In this document: positions 61,450-64,000 of the stretch, piece after piece
Layout of the letters: each line of letters begins with the position of its first letter
Numbering within the stretch: the stretch's first letter is position 1
NCBI GenBank assembly: GCA_028715785.1
Contig: JAQURC010000003.1
Span: 27,423 to 91,422, forward strand
Source: Candidatus Omnitrophota bacterium
GTDB lineage: Bacteria; Omnitrophota; Gorgyraeia; Gygaellales; Profunditerraquicolaceae
Reading direction: 5' to 3'
DNA length: 64,000 bases
The notes under the pieces: model-generated
Database searches by the model: none
Seen by the model: only the letters and a program-made list of their open reading frames with translations
Told to the model about the DNA's origin: nothing
Position numbers and translations under genes: made by a program

Positions 61450-61863
61450 CTATCTCTTATCGCAGCTTTCCGCCAGGATCAAACCTCCGGTAGAAACCGA
61501 ATACACCATCTTTCCGGTAAGCTTGCAGTCAACCGGCGCTGCCGAACAATTATAGCCGGATGCGTCCAGCCTCTGGCAATCATATTCATAACCCCGTATT
61601 GAAGAACTGTCCAGATAATTTCTCTCCAGATAAGCCGGCTCACTTTTAGTAAACTGATCGATGCTGGTCGGATATGCGCTTTTATTATTTTTAGCGTAAT
61701 TTTCTAAAGCCGTGGAAAGGAGCTTAAGGTTCACCTGGGCCAATAGCTGGTTATGCCCGATATTATAGATGATTATCTTCTGTACCGCCAGGCGCAGCAA
61801 TAACGCGGACAAAGCCGCAACGATCATGATCGTAACAAAGCTTCTGGCTTTTCGATTAAACAT
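61450..61863 (-). CDS. Pilin-like protein with degenerate prepilin signal
   Basis: N-terminal RKARSFVTIMIVAALSALLL hydrophobic helix resembles class III signal peptides but lacks Gly(-1) and Glu(+5). C-terminal Cys pairs (CQRL...C...C). Confidence 0.4.
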   Translation of the reverse strand: MFNRKARSFVTIMIVAALSALLLRLAVQKIIIYNIGHNQLLAQVNLKLLSTALENYAKNNKSAYPTSIDQFTKSEPAYLERNYLDSSSIRGYEYDCQRLDASGYNCSAAPVDCKLTGKMVYSVSTGGLILAESCDKR

Positions 61864-61956
61864 AGTTAAAACCCTCTCACTTGCGCTCAGACATTATTTT
61901 AATATTACCATAAAGAGGCTATTTAGCAACCAATTTTTACTAAGCAGTAAATAAAA

Positions 61957-62036
61957 GAGGTAGTTCTATTTTTCTGCACTTTGTAGCTGACGTTTAAACG
62001 TCAGCTACTCTGTGGATAAAAAATAGAAACGTTCCC
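61957..62036. repeat. Family D-like hairpin element (GAGGTAGTTCTATTTTTC...GAAAAATAGAAACGTTCCC) with a nested family C-like perfect palindrome GTAGCTGACGTTTAAACGTCAGCTAC (61983-62008)
   Basis: Read directly. Intergenic between the TPR-protein gene and the pilin-like gene. Confidence 0.6.
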
Positions 62037-62042
62037 TGGTTT

Positions 62043-63980
62043 CTAGTTTTCGGCGATTAACCTCTTGGCCCGGATATGATTAGGATTAATTTTTAAGGCC
62101 TGCTTTAAAGTAGATTTTACCCTGGCTTTCTCCCCTTTTTTCAGGTAAGCTAAGCCCAGATTATAATAGTAATCGGAGGATTTAGGATCCAGGTCTAAAG
62201 CGCAATTAAACGCGCTGACCGAGGCATCCCAATGATTATTTTGGGCAAAATAAATCCCTAAATTATTATAGAACTGAGCGGCATTATCCAGCCAGCCGGC
62301 GCTTTTAAAAAAATCCGCGATGGCCTTATCCCGGGCCAAATCAGTTTTGCCCGCAACTTTACCCAAAGATTCCGCTATCTGGACTGCGGCGAAATTAATG
62401 TCCCCTTTAGCAAAATAAATCCGCGCCAGGTTAAAATGCGTAAACTTGAGGCTGTGGTCAAGTTTTAACGCCTGGTTATATTTTACGATTGCCCCATCCA
62501 AGTTACCGGTAGCTTCATAAATATTACCCAGGTTATTTTGCACATCCCCTGCTTTTGCGCCAAGCGGGCTTTTCTCAAGTAGTTCGTATTCTGCCTTGGC
62601 CTGGTCATAAAGCTTTAATTTGAAATAAAGGTTGGCTAAATTCGCCCGAGCCTCGATTAAATCCGGCTTAATTTCTAATGCCCTCTTATATTCAAGTCTT
62701 GCCTGATCAAACTTGCCTCTGTATTCATATTCCAGGCCCAGATTATTGTGCGCCTGGAAACTGGCGGGAGAATACTTGATGATATTCTTGTAAAAAACCA
62801 CCGGGTTTTTCCATTCGAAATTTCGGCCGGCGGTAAGCAGAATATAGAACGCGCAAAATAATCCGGCGCTTAAAATAAATAATTCCCTCCTTAAAGTTTT
62901 ATGTAAAATACAGGCTAGGAGCATAAAAAAGCTTATGGAAGATAAATAGATGAAATGCTCGGCGACAAAAGCATTGATCGGGAAAATCCCGGATTGCGGG
63001 ATAAAAAAGACCAGCGCCCAGAACAACATAAATGCAGCCACCTTATTCTCCGGCCGATACTTTAAGTAACGCCAGCAGGTAAACAGAATCACCCCAAGAA
63101 AGAAAACAGCAATTAGGATGCCAGCAATACTTGTCGGCCGTAGCAGTTCATGATTCATGTGCAAGTTGACCGGTAAAATAAGCAGTTTAAAATACGTAAG
63201 GATTACTTTAGGTAAAACACTCAGGCGGACAAACCAGGCGACATTGGCCAGAGCGGGGGGCCGCAGTGTTGCAAATTTAAAAAAAGATAGCCTTAAAAGC
63301 AGATAGCTTATGCTGATCAGAAAAAACGGAGCGATGTTTTTGACAAAATAATATTTTTCTTTTAACCTACCCCTTAAGAAGTAGAAAGCATAACCGCAAA
63401 TTATAAAAGGAAAAACAATCGCCACTTCTTTGGATAATAGGGCTACAAAGAAACTAAATACTGAAAAAATGTAGAATAAACTGCGGCGGCGGAAAGTTTC
63501 CTGGCTCCTGATAAAAAACAATAACGCCAGGATGACAAAAAAACCCACCAGCATCTCTGCCCTGCCTGAAATATAAGTAACCGCCTCGGTGTGCAGGGGG
63601 CTGGCGGCGAACATGGAGGCAGCGGCAATGCTGACAGCCAAATTAGCCAGCAGCTTAAATACCAGAAGAAAAACTAAAAAAGAAACAGCGGCCTGTAAAA
63701 TAACGTTGGTCAGGTGATAACCGAAAGGATTTAGCTGCCAAAAATGATAATCGAATATATACGATATGGTTTGCAACGGGCGGTAAAAATTAGAGCCGCT
63801 GGCTACCCCGAAATACAGGTCATTGGTAAAACTTAAAGGCAAATTCCGCGCGCTGCGGATAAGCGTATTTTTAACTACCAAAGCCTGATCATCCCAGATA
63901 AACGGATTGGATAAGGAATTAAAATAGGCGAGAAAACATACTGCAGTAATTAGGATAAAAACAAAAAATTTAATTTTCAT
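62043..63980 (-). CDS. Membrane protein with N-terminal multi-TM (GT-C/PMT-like) domain and C-terminal TPR repeats
   Basis: About 400 aa with 10 or more TM helices, then TPR motifs (YNLGLEYEYRGKFDQARLEYKRALEIKPD..., NLGNIYEATGNLDGAIVKYNQALKLD...). Confidence 0.6.
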   Translation of the reverse strand: MKIKFFVFILITAVCFLAYFNSLSNPFIWDDQALVVKNTLIRSARNLPLSFTNDLYFGVASGSNFYRPLQTISYIFDYHFWQLNPFGYHLTNVILQAAVSFLVFLLVFKLLANLAVSIAAASMFAASPLHTEAVTYISGRAEMLVGFFVILALLFFIRSQETFRRRSLFYIFSVFSFFVALLSKEVAIVFPFIICGYAFYFLRGRLKEKYYFVKNIAPFFLISISYLLLRLSFFKFATLRPPALANVAWFVRLSVLPKVILTYFKLLILPVNLHMNHELLRPTSIAGILIAVFFLGVILFTCWRYLKYRPENKVAAFMLFWALVFFIPQSGIFPINAFVAEHFIYLSSISFFMLLACILHKTLRRELFILSAGLFCAFYILLTAGRNFEWKNPVVFYKNIIKYSPASFQAHNNLGLEYEYRGKFDQARLEYKRALEIKPDLIEARANLANLYFKLKLYDQAKAEYELLEKSPLGAKAGDVQNNLGNIYEATGNLDGAIVKYNQALKLDHSLKFTHFNLARIYFAKGDINFAAVQIAESLGKVAGKTDLARDKAIADFFKSAGWLDNAAQFYNNLGIYFAQNNHWDASVSAFNCALDLDPKSSDYYYNLGLAYLKKGEKARVKSTLKQALKINPNHIRAKRLIAEN

Positions 63981-63989
63981 TAAAAACTA

Positions 63990-64000
63990 GGGGACGGTTC
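63990..64000. repeat. Partial family D left arm (GGGGACGGTTC) at the window edge
   Basis: Identical to the first 11 nt of the copy at 55197. Confidence 0.4.

Overview
The window contains about 60 genes, all on the minus strand and mostly separated by 0 to 30 nt or overlapping. From the high-coordinate end the order is as follows. (1) An approx. 19-kb housekeeping block: TPR/GT-C membrane protein, pilin-like gene, pilMNOPQ, a DUF2344 fragment, rng, rplU, obg, proB, proA, nadD, rpe, phosphohexomutase, plsC, rpsA and tyrS. (2) An IS200-like HuH tyrosine transposase of the REP-associated (RAYT) type. (3) An approx. 44-kb polysaccharide (LPS/O-antigen/EPS-type) locus. It holds rfbA, rfbB and an rmlD-like gene; a SemiSWEET; many SDR epimerase/dehydratases; an EPS-type MarR with gmd and fcl; wzx; a B12-radical SAM; GT2, GT4, GT9 and GT26 glycosyltransferases; a WbaP-like initiating phosphotransferase; several WaaL/Wzy-like and GT-C-like membrane proteins; and an ADP-heptose module (split transketolase, gmhA, a domain-swapped hldE-like fusion) flanked by two paralogous radical SAM/SPASM enzymes. 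(4) An AbiEi/AbiEii type IV toxin-antitoxin pair at the low-coordinate edge, with abiEii truncated by the window. The most unusual signal is a dense population of small palindromic (REP/REPIN-like) repeat families, several with GTAG...CTAC ends. Copies sit in intergenic spacers but also in frame inside coding sequences (GT9 heptosyltransferase, fcl, rfbB, pilM, a hypothetical protein, the SemiSWEET tail), next to a RAYT-like transposase. No rRNA, tRNA or CRISPR array was seen. All plus-strand ORFs in the supplied track lie inside minus-strand genes and are treated as spurious.
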